Below, piece after piece: positions 9,439 through 19,600 of a stretch of DNA of 64,000 nt. This stretch comes from Alphaproteobacteria bacterium. Lineage in GTDB: Bacteria > Pseudomonadota > Alphaproteobacteria > MPNO01 > UBA830. A model generated the notes under the pieces. The model ran no database searches. It was not told the DNA's origin and saw only the letters and a list, made by a program, of their open reading frames with translations. The translations under genes and the position numbers were made by a program. The DNA lies in assembly GCA_965243135.1 (NCBI GenBank), contig OZ251539.1, positions 4,630,236-4,694,235 on the forward strand, given 5' to 3'. How positions within the stretch are numbered: the first letter of the stretch is position 1; each line of letters begins with the position of its first letter.

Positions 9439-12150
9439 ATGCTGGAACTCGGCGGACTCGCCTTCTCCTCTCCATGGATGCTCGCGGCGCTGGCCGGGCT
9501 GCCGATCCTGTGGTGGCTGCTCCGCGTCACCCCGCCCTCGCCCCGTCTCGTCAGCTTCCCTCCCCTGCGCTTTCTCCTGGCGCTTCGTCCCGAAGAGGAA
9601 ACGCCGGCGGCGACCCCGTGGTGGCTCATTCTCCTCCGCATCCTCATCGCCGCGCTCGTCATCCTCGCGCTTTCCCATCCGCTGCTGAATCCCGGCGTCC
9701 GGCTTTACGGATCCGGACCGGTCATCCTCGTCGTCGACAACGGCTGGCCGGCCGCGGCGGACTGGCCCGCGCGCCAGCGCAAGATCGACGAGCTCCTGGA
9801 CCGGGCGGAACGCCAGAACAGGCCGGTTCATTTGATGGCGACGGCGGCCGAAGCGCCCGACGCGCCCATCGGCCCCAGCCGCCTGATGCGCGCCGCCGAG
9901 GCGAAGGCGCTAGCCGCGAACCTGTCGCCGAAGCCCTGGCCGACGGACCGGACCCAGGCGCTGACCGCGGCGCGCTCGATCCGCGCGGACGGCCCTGCCC
10001 ATGCGTTCTGGATCGCGGACGGCCTCGGCGGCGGCGAGTCGACGGAGAGGCTGGCGGAAGCGTTGCAATCCCTCGGCAACCTGACGGTGATCGAGCAACC
10101 CGCCGCGGCACGGGCGCGGCTGATCGGAACGCCGGTCGCGGAGGGCCAGGCGCTTTCCGTTCCCGTCTCGCGGGTGCCGTCGCCGGCCGAATCCCGGATC
10201 CGGTTGCGGGCCGTGTCGGAAGACGGACGGCTGATCGCCAGCGAAGACGCCCGGTTCGCCGAAAACGCCGGAACCGCGATCGTCCGGATGGCGTTGCCCG
10301 CAGAGCTTCGCAACGAGATCGGACGACTCGAAATCGAAGGCGGCCGCAATGCGGGCGAAGTGTTCCTGATGGACGAACGATGGCGCCGCAGGCCGGTCGG
10401 CATCGTGTCCGGCGACGCGTCGGAAGCGGAGCAGCCTTTGCTGTCCTCGATCTATTACCTGGAGCGCGCGCTCGGCCCGTTCGCCGAAACGCGCCTTGGG
10501 AGCGTCTCGAAGCTGCTCGAGCGGGAGATCTCCATGATCGTGCTCGCCGACATCGGCAAGGTTCTGGAAACCGACGCGCGGTCCCTGGAGGATTGGATGT
10601 CGAACGGCGGCGTGACGCTTCGCTTCGCCGGCCCCAGACTCGCCAGCGGCGGCGACGATCTGATCCCGGTCCGGCTGCGCCGCGGCGGACGCGTTCTCGG
10701 CGGCGCCATGTCCTGGGCGGAACCGGCCCGGCTGCTTCCGTTCGAGGAAGCCAGCCCCTTCGCCGGACTGCCGACGCCACGAGACGTCCGCATCCGCCGT
10801 CAAGTTCTCGCCGAACCGGGGATCGACCTCAACCGCAAGACCTGGGCGCGGCTGGCGGACGGGACGCCGCTGGTGACCGCGGAAGAGCGAGGAAGCGGCT
10901 GGCTCGTCCTCGTCCACACCACCGCGAACACTGATTGGTCGAACCTGCCGATCTCGGGCTTGTTCGTCGAGGTTCTGCGCCGCATCGTCGGCCTGAGCGC
11001 TGGCGTCGGCGGCGAAGACGGCGACGCCCTCCTGCCTCCTCTAATGACCCTGGACGGCTACGGGCGTCCCGGACCGCCTTCCGCCGACGCGATCAGCATT
11101 CCGGCGCGCGCGTTCGAGGATGCCCGGCCCTCGCCGGCCACGCCGCCGGGATACTACGGCCGCGACAACGGCCGGCGGGCGCTCAACCTGGGGTCCAGCG
11201 CGGCGGACCTGGCGCCGATCGGAGAGCTTCCTTCCGGCGTGGAGCGCCGCGGCTTCTCCTCCAAGCCGTCGGTGGATTTCAAGCCGTGGCTGTTGCTCGC
11301 CGCTTTCGTTCTGGCGATGGCGGATCTCGTCGTCGGCCTCGCCCTTCGCGGATTGCTTCGCTTCGGAGCGGCCGGACTGGCGCTGCTCGCCGTCCTGCCG
11401 GAGCCCGCGCAGGCGGATCCTTCGGACGCGCGGGCGCTGGAGGCGACGCTGACGACGCGGCTCGCCTACGTGCGAACCGGAGACGCCCAGCTCGACCGCA
11501 TGACGGTCGCCGGCCTCCGCGGGCTGTCGCGCGTCCTGGAGCGCCGGACTTCGGTCGAGCCGGGGGCGCCTCTGGCGGTCGACATCGAAACCGACGAGCT
11601 CGCCTTCTTCCCGTCGCTCTACTGGGCCGTCTCGCCGCGCCAGGCCGGACTGTCCGAGAACGCGCGCGACAAGTTGAACCAGTACCTCAAAGCCGGCGGT
11701 TCCGTTTTCTTCGACACCGGAGAGCAGGGCGGATTCCTGTCCGACGTTTCGGGAGGGGTCGGCTCGGCGGGGCTTCGTCTCCGGCAACTGCTGCAGGGAC
11801 TCGACATACCGCCGCTAATCCGCGTGCCGCCGGACCACGTGCTGACCCGGGCCTTCTATCTTCTCGACGACTTTCCGGGGCGATGGGCCGGAGGCGCGGT
11901 CTGGGTCGAGCGGCGGGGCGGCCGCCACAACGACGGCGTTTCGTCGATTCTCGTCGGCTCCAACGACTGGGCCGGGGCGTGGGCGGCGGACGAGGCGGGA
12001 CGCCCCCTCGCGGCCGCGGTCCCGGGGGGCGAGCGCCAGCGGGAGTTCGCGTACCGCTTCGGCGTGAACTGGATCATGTACGTGCTGACCGGAAACTACA
12101 AGACCGATCAGGTGCACGTGCCCGCCATCGTCGAGAGATTGGGGCAATAG
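9439..12150 (+). CDS. BatA-like membrane protein with N-terminal double-TM anchor and DUF4159-like region
   Basis: 903 aa with an N-terminal WWLLRVTPPSPRLVSFPPLRFLL two-TM segment, in the conserved MoxR/DUF58/Bat-like cluster. Confidence 0.7.
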   Translation: MLELGGLAFSSPWMLAALAGLPILWWLLRVTPPSPRLVSFPPLRFLLALRPEEETPAATPWWLILLRILIAALVILALSHPLLNPGVRLYGSGPVILVVDNGWPAAADWPARQRKIDELLDRAERQNRPVHLMATAAEAPDAPIGPSRLMRAAEAKALAANLSPKPWPTDRTQALTAARSIRADGPAHAFWIADGLGGGESTERLAEALQSLGNLTVIEQPAAARARLIGTPVAEGQALSVPVSRVPSPAESRIRLRAVSEDGRLIASEDARFAENAGTAIVRMALPAELRNEIGRLEIEGGRNAGEVFLMDERWRRRPVGIVSGDASEAEQPLLSSIYYLERALGPFAETRLGSVSKLLEREISMIVLADIGKVLETDARSLEDWMSNGGVTLRFAGPRLASGGDDLIPVRLRRGGRVLGGAMSWAEPARLLPFEEASPFAGLPTPRDVRIRRQVLAEPGIDLNRKTWARLADGTPLVTAEERGSGWLVLVHTTANTDWSNLPISGLFVEVLRRIVGLSAGVGGEDGDALLPPLMTLDGYGRPGPPSADAISIPARAFEDARPSPATPPGYYGRDNGRRALNLGSSAADLAPIGELPSGVERRGFSSKPSVDFKPWLLLAAFVLAMADLVVGLALRGLLRFGAAGLALLAVLPEPAQADPSDARALEATLTTRLAYVRTGDAQLDRMTVAGLRGLSRVLERRTSVEPGAPLAVDIETDELAFFPSLYWAVSPRQAGLSENARDKLNQYLKAGGSVFFDTGEQGGFLSDVSGGVGSAGLRLRQLLQGLDIPPLIRVPPDHVLTRAFYLLDDFPGRWAGGAVWVERRGGRHNDGVSSILVGSNDWAGAWAADEAGRPLAAAVPGGERQREFAYRFGVNWIMYVLTGNYKTDQVHVPAIVERLGQ

Positions 12151-12151
12151 G

Positions 12152-14155
12152 GTGCTGAGCGTCGCCTTCGCGCCGATGTTCCCCTGGCCGGCGATCGGCG
12201 TCCTGGCCGCCGTCGCCGCGCTGCTCTTCGGGCTCCGCCCGCGAGCGCGGGGCGCCGGATGGCGGCTGGCGGCGGCGGCTGTGCTGCTGGCCGCGCTCGC
12301 CAACCCTTCCCTCGTCGAAGAAGAGCGCGTCGAAAACCCCGACGTGGTCGCCGTCGTCGTCGACGCGAGCGCGTCGCAGCGCGTCGGCTCGCGCCGGGAA
12401 CAAACCGACGCCGCGCTGGCCGCGCTTGCGGAACGGCTTCGCGGCATGCGCGGGGTCGAGACGCGGATCGTCCGCGCCGGCAGCGGCCGGGACGGCACGA
12501 AGCTGTTCGACGCCGTGCAACGAACTTTCGCGAACGTGCCCCGGGACCGGATCGGCGGCACGTTCCTGATCACGGACGGCCAGGTGCACGACGCCGGCGA
12601 CCCGCCGGTCCCGGGACCGGTCCACGCCCTGCTCAGCGGCTCGCCCGGCGAAATCGACCGCCGGCTGGAAATCGAGAACGCGCCGCGTTTCGGCCTCGTC
12701 GGCAAGTCGGTCGAAATCGACGTCCTGATCCGCGGCGGCGCCGGCGCGGCGCGAATCGCATTGACCCAGGACGGAAAGCCGAAACGGACGGTTACCGCGC
12801 CTGTCGGACGCAGCCATCGGATTTCGCTCGATCTCGACCACGCAGGCGCGAACGTCCTTCAGCTGGAGGCCGAGCCCCTCGAGGGAGAGATCGCCCGCGT
12901 CAACAACCGCGCGGTGGTGCAGGTCAACGGCGTTCGCGAACGGCTTCGCGTTCTTCTCGTTTCCGGCGAACCTCACGCCGGAGAACGCGTGTGGCGCAAC
13001 TTCCTGAAGGCGGACCCGTCGGTCGACCTCATCCACTTCACCATCCTCCGCCCGCCCAGGAAGCAGGATTCCACGCCGGTGCGCGAGCTGTCGCTGATCG
13101 CGTTTCCCACCCGGGAACTGTTCGACGAAAAGATCGCGGAGTTCGACCTTATCATCTTCGACCGCTACCGCCGCCGCGGCGTGCTGCCCGATCTCTATCT
13201 GGAGAACATCGTCCGTTACGTGGAGAACGGCGGCGCGTTCCTGACCGCGGTCGGACCGTCGTTCGCGACCGAACTCAGCCTTTTCGAAACGCCGCTCGGA
13301 AACATCCTGCCCGGCCGTCCCACGGGCCGGATTCTCAAGCGAGGCCTGCGGCCGCGCCTGTCGGACTACGGCTTCCGCCACCCCGTCACCGCGGATCTGG
13401 CGGACGAAACGCGATGGGGCCGGTGGTTCCGTCAGATAGAAGCCGACGCTGGCCGCGGACGCGTGCTGATGAACGGCCCCGGCGACCGGCCCTTGCTGAT
13501 CCTGGACCGGGTCGGCGACGGGAGGGTGGCCCAGCTGCTCAGCGACCACATCTGGCTCTGGGCCCGCGGCTTCGAGAACGGCGGCCCGCATTCGGAAATT
13601 CTGCGCCGCCTTGCGCACTGGCTCATGAAGGAGCCCGACCTGGAGGAAGAAGCCATCGGCGGCAAGGCCGAGGGCGGAGAACTCGTCATCGTCCGGCGAA
13701 GCGCGGCCGGCGAGTTCTCGGAGGTCACCGTCACGACGCCCTCCGGCGCGGTGCGGAAGGTGACTCTGAAAGCGGACGGACGGGGCCGGGCGCAGGCGTC
13801 GATTCCCGCGGAAGAGACCGGGCTCTACAGGCTGGAAGACGAAAGCAGCAGCGCCGTCACCGCCGTCGGCAATCCCAACCCGCGGGAATTTTCCGACATG
13901 CGGGCCACCGCCGAACCGCTCGCCGCCACGACCGCCGCCTCCGGCGGCGGCCTGCATTGGTTGAAGGACGGCTTTCCGGATTTGAGAAGGGTCCGCCCGG
14001 GCGCGACGGCGTCCGGCGAGCGCTGGATGGGCGTGGTGGCGAATCGCGACTACAGGGTCGCGAACATCCGGGAGATCCCGCTCCTGCCCGCGATCGCGGT
14101 GCTGATCCTCGGCCTCGGCGCGCTGCTCTGGGCCTGGCGCCGCGAAGGCGATTGA
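12152..14155 (+). CDS. membrane protein of the MoxR/BatA cluster (hypothetical)
   Basis: 667-aa ORF with a GTG start 1 nt after the previous stop. It has an N-terminal TM segment and a C-terminal TM anchor. Confidence 0.6.
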   Translation: MLSVAFAPMFPWPAIGVLAAVAALLFGLRPRARGAGWRLAAAAVLLAALANPSLVEEERVENPDVVAVVVDASASQRVGSRREQTDAALAALAERLRGMRGVETRIVRAGSGRDGTKLFDAVQRTFANVPRDRIGGTFLITDGQVHDAGDPPVPGPVHALLSGSPGEIDRRLEIENAPRFGLVGKSVEIDVLIRGGAGAARIALTQDGKPKRTVTAPVGRSHRISLDLDHAGANVLQLEAEPLEGEIARVNNRAVVQVNGVRERLRVLLVSGEPHAGERVWRNFLKADPSVDLIHFTILRPPRKQDSTPVRELSLIAFPTRELFDEKIAEFDLIIFDRYRRRGVLPDLYLENIVRYVENGGAFLTAVGPSFATELSLFETPLGNILPGRPTGRILKRGLRPRLSDYGFRHPVTADLADETRWGRWFRQIEADAGRGRVLMNGPGDRPLLILDRVGDGRVAQLLSDHIWLWARGFENGGPHSEILRRLAHWLMKEPDLEEEAIGGKAEGGELVIVRRSAAGEFSEVTVTTPSGAVRKVTLKADGRGRAQASIPAEETGLYRLEDESSSAVTAVGNPNPREFSDMRATAEPLAATTAASGGGLHWLKDGFPDLRRVRPGATASGERWMGVVANRDYRVANIREIPLLPAIAVLILGLGALLWAWRREGD

Positions 14156-14175
14156 ACGCCGTCGGCGCCGGAGAC

Positions 14176-14331
14176 TTATTGGATGCCGAGACCGGCGCAG
14201 ATGGACAGCACGAAGGACTGAACCAGGTAGACGTCGGCCACCGCGGGGACGGCGAGCGCGCCGATCAGTAGCAAAGCTCCGATCAGCAGGTATTCCGGCC
14301 GCACGGTCGGCCTTTTGTCGTTTTCGGACAT
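14176..14331 (-). CDS. small hydrophobic protein (51 aa), hypothetical
   Basis: ATG...TAA ORF MSENDKRPTVRPEYLLIGALLLIGALAVPAVADVYLVQSFVLSICAGLGIQ in the intergenic gap. It is too short for the ORF track. Confidence 0.3.
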   Translation of the reverse strand: MSENDKRPTVRPEYLLIGALLLIGALAVPAVADVYLVQSFVLSICAGLGIQ

Positions 14332-14467
14332 GACGCGAGATTAGCGCGTTCGGCAAAGAATTCAATGACGGAATTCCGTCCGAGAACGACAGGAAACGGA
14401 CGGCGGTGTTGCTATCGGCCGAAATACGGAATACAGTCCAGACAACGGTCGGCACACTGATTTTTCC

Positions 14468-15121
14468 ATGGATTCTGGAACGCAGATCACGGGGGACCCG
14501 GCGGCTCGTCCCGCGACGAAGAGAGAGCGGCGAGCGGCCAGCATCGATGCGCTCCTGACGGCCGCGTTGCGCCTGTTCATCACGCAGGGCTACCACGCCA
14601 CCACGGTCGAGGAAATCGCGCAATCGGCCGGGCTGACGAAGGGCGCCGTGTATTTCTATTTCAGAAGCAAGGCGAACGTGCTTCGCGCGCTGCTCGACCG
14701 GACGGAGACGCTGACCGTCGCGCCGACCGTCGCCGCCATGGAGGCCGTCGGAAAGGAGCCGCGAGCGCGCCTCAACGCCTTCATCCGCACGCAGTCGGCG
14801 ATCGGCGCCGAGAAAACGGAATACATGCTGCTCGCGATCCTGATGAGCGCCGAGTTCAACGGCTCGGGCGACGAAACCGAAACGAGGCTGCGGGAACTCA
14901 TGGCGCGGATGGAGGACGCCCTGCGCGACACCGTGACGGCGGGACAGAAAAGTGGCATCTTCCGGCGCGGGATCGGAGCCGGCGAACTCGCCAGCGTCAT
15001 CATGGCGACCAACAAGGGTTGCTACGTGGAATGGTACATGCGCCGCGGCGATCTCGACGGTCACGACTTCGCGCGCGCCTTTCGGGATTTCGTGGTGAAC
15101 GGCATCGTGGCGGAACGTTAG
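14468..15121 (+). CDS. TetR-family transcriptional regulator
   Basis: N-terminal TetR HTH (AALRLFITQGYHATTVEEIAQSAGLTKGAVYFYF). Confidence 0.85.
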   Translation: MDSGTQITGDPAARPATKRERRAASIDALLTAALRLFITQGYHATTVEEIAQSAGLTKGAVYFYFRSKANVLRALLDRTETLTVAPTVAAMEAVGKEPRARLNAFIRTQSAIGAEKTEYMLLAILMSAEFNGSGDETETRLRELMARMEDALRDTVTAGQKSGIFRRGIGAGELASVIMATNKGCYVEWYMRRGDLDGHDFARAFRDFVVNGIVAER

Positions 15122-15137
15122 AGAAGATGGAGCGAAC

Positions 15138-16079
15138 ATGACGATTCAACGGGAAGATCCGCGCGAACGCGCGCTGCAGGAACGCATCGCGGCCGGGCAC
15201 GTGCTCGAAGACGCCGAGGAGATGACGCCGCGCTATCGGGACGTGCTGGTCAACACGATCCACATCGCGGCCGACCTCGAGGTCGTCACGCTGCCCACTT
15301 ACTCGCCCGCGATTCGCACGTCTCCCACCCTGGAAGACAAGATCGCCATCGCCGCCGCGTGCCAGGACGAACTCGGCCACGCCCAGATGATGTATCGGAT
15401 TCTGGAGGATTTCGGCTACGACACGCACAACTTCCTGTTCGAGCGCGACCCCGAGGAGTGGCGCACGTTTCAGATGCTCGAATTTCCGCACGAGGACTAC
15501 ATCGAATCGGTCGTGTCCATGTGCTACGGCGACCGCGCCGGCTACATAACGACCGTCGACCTCGAAGAGAACTGCTCCTACGCGCCGTTTTCGCGGTCGT
15601 TGCGCAAGGTGAACTACGAGGAGACGTTCCACGTCGGTCACGGCGAACGCTGGGTCCGCTTCTTCTGGAACCATTCGGAGGACGCGCGGCGGCGCGTCCA
15701 GGAAGCGGTCGATTTCTACTTTCCCCTGTGCGCCGCCTGGTTCGGACTGCCCGACGACCTCAAGACGCGCACCGACCAGATCAGATACCGCATCCGCGGC
15801 GCCTCGAACGACGAAATGCGCCAGAAATGGCTGTCGCGGATCGTGCCGTTCTCCGAGGGCGTCGGGATCAAGGTGCCCGCGCATTTCGACGAGGACCGGG
15901 GCAAGTACGTGCTGGACTACGAGCCGCCGATCGCGCTGGACGAGGAATCCCGGAAATGGGACTACGGAAAGCGGATATCCTGGGAGGAGCAGCTCCGGAT
16001 ATGGAAGAAGGGATCGAAGCACAAGGTGCCGTCGATCAACCGCGTGCTTTCCGAAGTCTGGGGCGACGAACTCTGGTGA
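15138..16079 (+). CDS. paaA: PaaA-like di-iron oxygenase subunit (1,2-phenylacetyl-CoA epoxidase subunit A family)
   Basis: 313 aa aligning along its length with PaaA (ferritin-like fold; EETFHVGHGERW and RYRIRGASNDEMRQKW resemble PaaA segments). Confidence 0.75.
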   Translation: MTIQREDPRERALQERIAAGHVLEDAEEMTPRYRDVLVNTIHIAADLEVVTLPTYSPAIRTSPTLEDKIAIAAACQDELGHAQMMYRILEDFGYDTHNFLFERDPEEWRTFQMLEFPHEDYIESVVSMCYGDRAGYITTVDLEENCSYAPFSRSLRKVNYEETFHVGHGERWVRFFWNHSEDARRRVQEAVDFYFPLCAAWFGLPDDLKTRTDQIRYRIRGASNDEMRQKWLSRIVPFSEGVGIKVPAHFDEDRGKYVLDYEPPIALDEESRKWDYGKRISWEEQLRIWKKGSKHKVPSINRVLSEVWGDELW

Positions 16080-16091
16080 GCCTCCGCCGCG

Positions 16092-18806
16092 TCAGCCGGC
16101 CGGCATTCCGGAAAGGCTTTCGAGGAAACGCCTGACGGCGACGACCGACGCCGGTCCGTCTCCGGACAGGATGCGCATCGCGTCGGGCGGCAGTTCCTCC
16201 GGCGCCTTCAACGTCAGGTACTCCGCCGCCGCGTCTGCGTCGTCGGGTTCCGCGTCGCCGCGCAAGGCCGCCAGCGCGGCGGTCGCGAGCCGGGCCGCCT
16301 CGACGATCGGAGCCCGCGCCTCCTCGGCGAAGCCTCCGCCTTCGAGAAGCGCGGCGGCCTTCAGCTTGCGCTCCGCGCTTTCGGCAAGCGTTTTCATCCG
16401 GAGGTCGCGTCCGTTGGGAGCTTCCGCCCCGCCGGCGCCCGGATAGATTTCCCGGAGGTTTTCGGCCGGCATCGACACCAGTCCCGACTCCGCCAGCCGG
16501 AGCATCGTTTCATGCGTGTCCGGATCGATCACGCTCACCCGCAGGCCCGTCGCCTCCGAAAGCCGGCGTTCTTCCGCGGCGCGGCGCGAAGGCGGCAGCG
16601 CGATCACGACGAGCACCGTATCCTCCCGCGCGAGAATGCGGCGCAACGCCGCGCCGTGCCCCGCCGCAAGATCGTCCCGAAGCTTGTCCAGGGGCGACGG
16701 CTCCACGACCGCCTTGTCCTTCTCCTCGCCGAGCACCGCTTCCAGGCGCTCCATGAAAGCCGTCCGGCTGCTCGGCAAACGGATCTCCGAAAGGTCGCCG
16801 CGACGGTCGAGCACGCCTTCCGCCAGCGCCCGCTTGGCGTCCAGCAAGGTGAGCATGCGGGATTCGATGCTGTTCTCGGTCACCAGGTTAATGACGTTGA
16901 CGGCGCGAGTCTGGTGCTTGCGCCAGGCGCGAGCCACCCGCTGCTCGAGCCGGGCCGGGTTCCAGGGCTGGTCCATGTTGACCACGGTGTCGGCCACCTG
17001 GAGGTTCAGGCCGACCCCCCCGGATTCGGAGGAGAGAAACAACCGGCAGTCGGGATCCTCGCGGAATCTGTGGATTTCGGCGCGGCGCCGTTGCTGCGGG
17101 ACCGACCCGGTGTGCCAGGCGAAATCGAAGCCGTTCTCCACCGCGTAGCTCCGCACCAGTTCCAGCATTCGCACCCACTCGGAGAAAACGATGATCTTCC
17201 GCTGCGGATCCTCCAGAAGATCGGGAAACAGGCGCTCGATCTCCTCCAGCTTGGGACAATCGACGTTCTCGTCCCCAAGGATGTACGTCGTGTCGCAGAT
17301 CATGCGCATGCAGGCGAGATACCGTTGCAGCCTTTCGAATTCTTCCTTCGCCAGCGGCCGCTTCCGCGCCTGCGCCGCAAGTTTTCTCACGCGATATTCG
17401 TAGTCCTCGTAGAGATCCGTCTGGGCTTTGGTCATGTGAACGAAGAAGGTCTTCGTGGCCCGGCCGGGAAGCTGGCCTTCGACGTCCTCCTTGCGCCGCC
17501 GCAGCATCACCGAAGAGATGCGGTTCGCCAGTTCGTCGAGATTTTGAAACCCTTCCGGCCTCCCCTTTTCGTCCAGGCTGTAGAACTCGCGGTTGAAGCG
17601 GAACAGGGGGCCAAGAAGTTCCGGATCCAGGAACTGGACGATCGAGTAGACTTCGTCGATCCGGTTCTCGAGCGGCGTTCCCGTAAGGACGAACGCGTAC
17701 TTGCTGCGCAGCTTCTTCACCGCGTTCGCGGTTTTGGTCTGCCAGTTCTTGATGCGCTGGGCCTCGTCGAGAATCACGATGTCGGGCCGCAGCGTGTCGA
17801 GAAGATCCTCGCCGTCGACCACTATCTGCTCGTAGTTGGCGAGCGTGAAAAACGCGGGATCGGCGTAGATCCTTCGCCGCGCCAGACGGTTGCCGTACAC
17901 GATCTTCGAGGACAGGTCCGAAAATTTGGCGATCTGCTCTTCCCACTCGGCCTTGAGCGACGCCGGCGAAATCACGAGCACGCGCGATATGCCGCGCGCC
18001 TGACGCAACAACGCGCAGGCAGCGATCGCCTGCACCGTCTTGCCGAGACCCATGTCGTCGGCGAGCAGCGCACGCTCCCCGAAGGCGAGATGGAGCGCGC
18101 CCTCGACCTGATACGGCAGCAACGGCATCTTGAGGAAATCGAGCGAGCGGCGTCCGCTCTCCAGGTCCGCCGCGAAACGCGCGCGCTCCCGATGCCTGCG
18201 ATTCGCGGCTTCGCGAGAGGCGACCCACCCGTTCAGCCGCCGGGATACCCGCAAACCGTCGACATTGGCCTGCGCCAGTTCGCGGAGTTCGCGAAGGGCT
18301 TTCGGCGATCCGCGGCCCACATGAGAGAACAGGCGCTCGACCTCCTGCAGCAGGTCCGAACCCGCGAACGCTTCCGGGGCCGTCATCTTCGGGAGCCGCT
18401 CGTCCGCCTCGTCGAGAAAGATCTCGATGCGGTCGTTCGCCTCCGCCGGCCGCGCGTTGCGGTTCCGAAGCCGGTGAAGCACGCCTTCGACATGCTTGCA
18501 GGTTCCGAGCCGATTGGTGCGGTAGTCCTGGCAATCGCAGGAGTTGACGCGCTCCCGGAGCGAGCGGATTTCCACCGTATAGCCGCCGCCGCTCGAAGAC
18601 ACGACCCGGTAATCCCCGAAAAGCCGGGAATCGAGCGCTTGCACCTCCTCGATTTCAGTGCGGCCCCGCCATTCCCGCCGCTTGATCTCGTCCTCGTCCG
18701 TGGATATCCAGCCCCGGAAAACGGGCGGACGTTCTTTGGCCTTCTTTTCTTTCTCGGTCACGTTGGAATCTCCATGCCAGCCGGTCGACAACCCGATCCG
18801 CGTCAA
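16092..18806 (-). CDS. SNF2-family helicase with N-terminal SWIM zinc finger
   Basis: SWIM CxC...CxH (CDCQDYRTNRLGTCKHVEGVLH), SNF2_N motifs (DDMGLGKT, DEAQRIKN) and a helicase C-terminal domain. 904 aa. Confidence 0.85.
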   Translation of the reverse strand: MTRIGLSTGWHGDSNVTEKEKKAKERPPVFRGWISTDEDEIKRREWRGRTEIEEVQALDSRLFGDYRVVSSSGGGYTVEIRSLRERVNSCDCQDYRTNRLGTCKHVEGVLHRLRNRNARPAEANDRIEIFLDEADERLPKMTAPEAFAGSDLLQEVERLFSHVGRGSPKALRELRELAQANVDGLRVSRRLNGWVASREAANRRHRERARFAADLESGRRSLDFLKMPLLPYQVEGALHLAFGERALLADDMGLGKTVQAIAACALLRQARGISRVLVISPASLKAEWEEQIAKFSDLSSKIVYGNRLARRRIYADPAFFTLANYEQIVVDGEDLLDTLRPDIVILDEAQRIKNWQTKTANAVKKLRSKYAFVLTGTPLENRIDEVYSIVQFLDPELLGPLFRFNREFYSLDEKGRPEGFQNLDELANRISSVMLRRRKEDVEGQLPGRATKTFFVHMTKAQTDLYEDYEYRVRKLAAQARKRPLAKEEFERLQRYLACMRMICDTTYILGDENVDCPKLEEIERLFPDLLEDPQRKIIVFSEWVRMLELVRSYAVENGFDFAWHTGSVPQQRRRAEIHRFREDPDCRLFLSSESGGVGLNLQVADTVVNMDQPWNPARLEQRVARAWRKHQTRAVNVINLVTENSIESRMLTLLDAKRALAEGVLDRRGDLSEIRLPSSRTAFMERLEAVLGEEKDKAVVEPSPLDKLRDDLAAGHGAALRRILAREDTVLVVIALPPSRRAAEERRLSEATGLRVSVIDPDTHETMLRLAESGLVSMPAENLREIYPGAGGAEAPNGRDLRMKTLAESAERKLKAAALLEGGGFAEEARAPIVEAARLATAALAALRGDAEPDDADAAAEYLTLKAPEELPPDAMRILSGDGPASVVAVRRFLESLSGMPAG

Positions 18807-18995
18807 ACTATCACAATGTCGAGAATCGCCGAGCCGGCCGGACGCGCCGAAGATGCCTTGACGACGGCGGAAGATGCGGCCACAATCGCCTCTTGAAGAT
18901 TGGCGTCACGCTTCCGGGCGAGCGCGGAAAGGACTTCTGAAAGATGCGGCACTCGCGGCGTCCCCTCCGGACGCGGGCAATTCTTGCGCTACGGC

Positions 18996-19322
18996 ATGAG
19001 CGGCGGACCTCCGACGCGCGATGACGTCGCCGCTGCGCTCGAAGCGGTCAACGATCCCCATGTGCCCGCCAGCCTCCGGAGGATGGGGATGCTCCGCGAA
19101 ATCGAGGTTTCCGGCGACGGCGTCGTCGTCGTTCGCCTTTGCATTCCTTGCATGGGCTGCCCCGGCACGGGCCTTCTGCGCGACGCCGTGCGCGACGCCG
19201 TCATGTCCCTCGACGGCGTCGCCGACGTGATCGTGGAGGAAGGGTGGCATCTCCCGTGGTCGCGGGAAATGGTGGATCCCGAGGTCCGGAGCATGATGCG
19301 CGCCAACGGCATACAGGTTTGA
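18996..19322 (+). CDS. DUF59 / PaaD N-terminal-like Fe-S assembly domain protein
   Basis: The MIP18/DUF59-like sequence (DDVAAALEAVNDPHVP...VVVVRL) matches the N-terminal domain of PaaD. Confidence 0.6.
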   Translation: MSGGPPTRDDVAAALEAVNDPHVPASLRRMGMLREIEVSGDGVVVVRLCIPCMGCPGTGLLRDAVRDAVMSLDGVADVIVEEGWHLPWSREMVDPEVRSMMRANGIQV

Positions 19323-19323
19323 A

Positions 19324-19584
19324 ATGACGATCAGAAAGACGATAGACCAGAAACGCGAGCGCGGCGGGGAGACGCCGAAATATTACGAGGTCTTCGCGCG
19401 CAGGAATTCCGGATCCGACCTTTCCCATGTCGGATCGGTGGAGGCGCCGAACGACGATCTCGCGAAAGTTCGCGCCTGGTACATCTACGATCAGCACCAG
19501 TGGCGCGAGATGTGCATCGTGCCGCTCGACGCGATCGTTACCGTCACCGAAGAAGGCAAATCCGCCAAAATCAAGATGGGATGA
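19324..19584 (+). CDS. paaB: PaaB-like subunit of phenylacetyl-CoA epoxidase-type oxygenase
   Basis: 86 aa. YYEVFARRNSGSDLSHVGSVEAPNDDLAKVRAWYIY matches the PaaB core. The start is 2 nt after the previous stop. Confidence 0.75.
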   Translation: MTIRKTIDQKRERGGETPKYYEVFARRNSGSDLSHVGSVEAPNDDLAKVRAWYIYDQHQWREMCIVPLDAIVTVTEEGKSAKIKMG

Positions 19585-19600
19585 GCGGGGAAGCGGGAGA

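Noticed and set aside
12074-15139. Very long ORFs antisense or out of frame to real genes (e.g. 12074-15139 on the minus strand, 16512-18896 on the plus strand, 2183-3991, 4322-6070, 8107-9831, 38680-40455, 40452-41702 and 41879-43036 on the minus strand).
   Set aside because: Their translations are Arg/Pro/Gly-rich low-complexity sequence typical of non-coding frames in high-GC DNA. Each overlaps a gene with clear family signatures on the other strand or frame.
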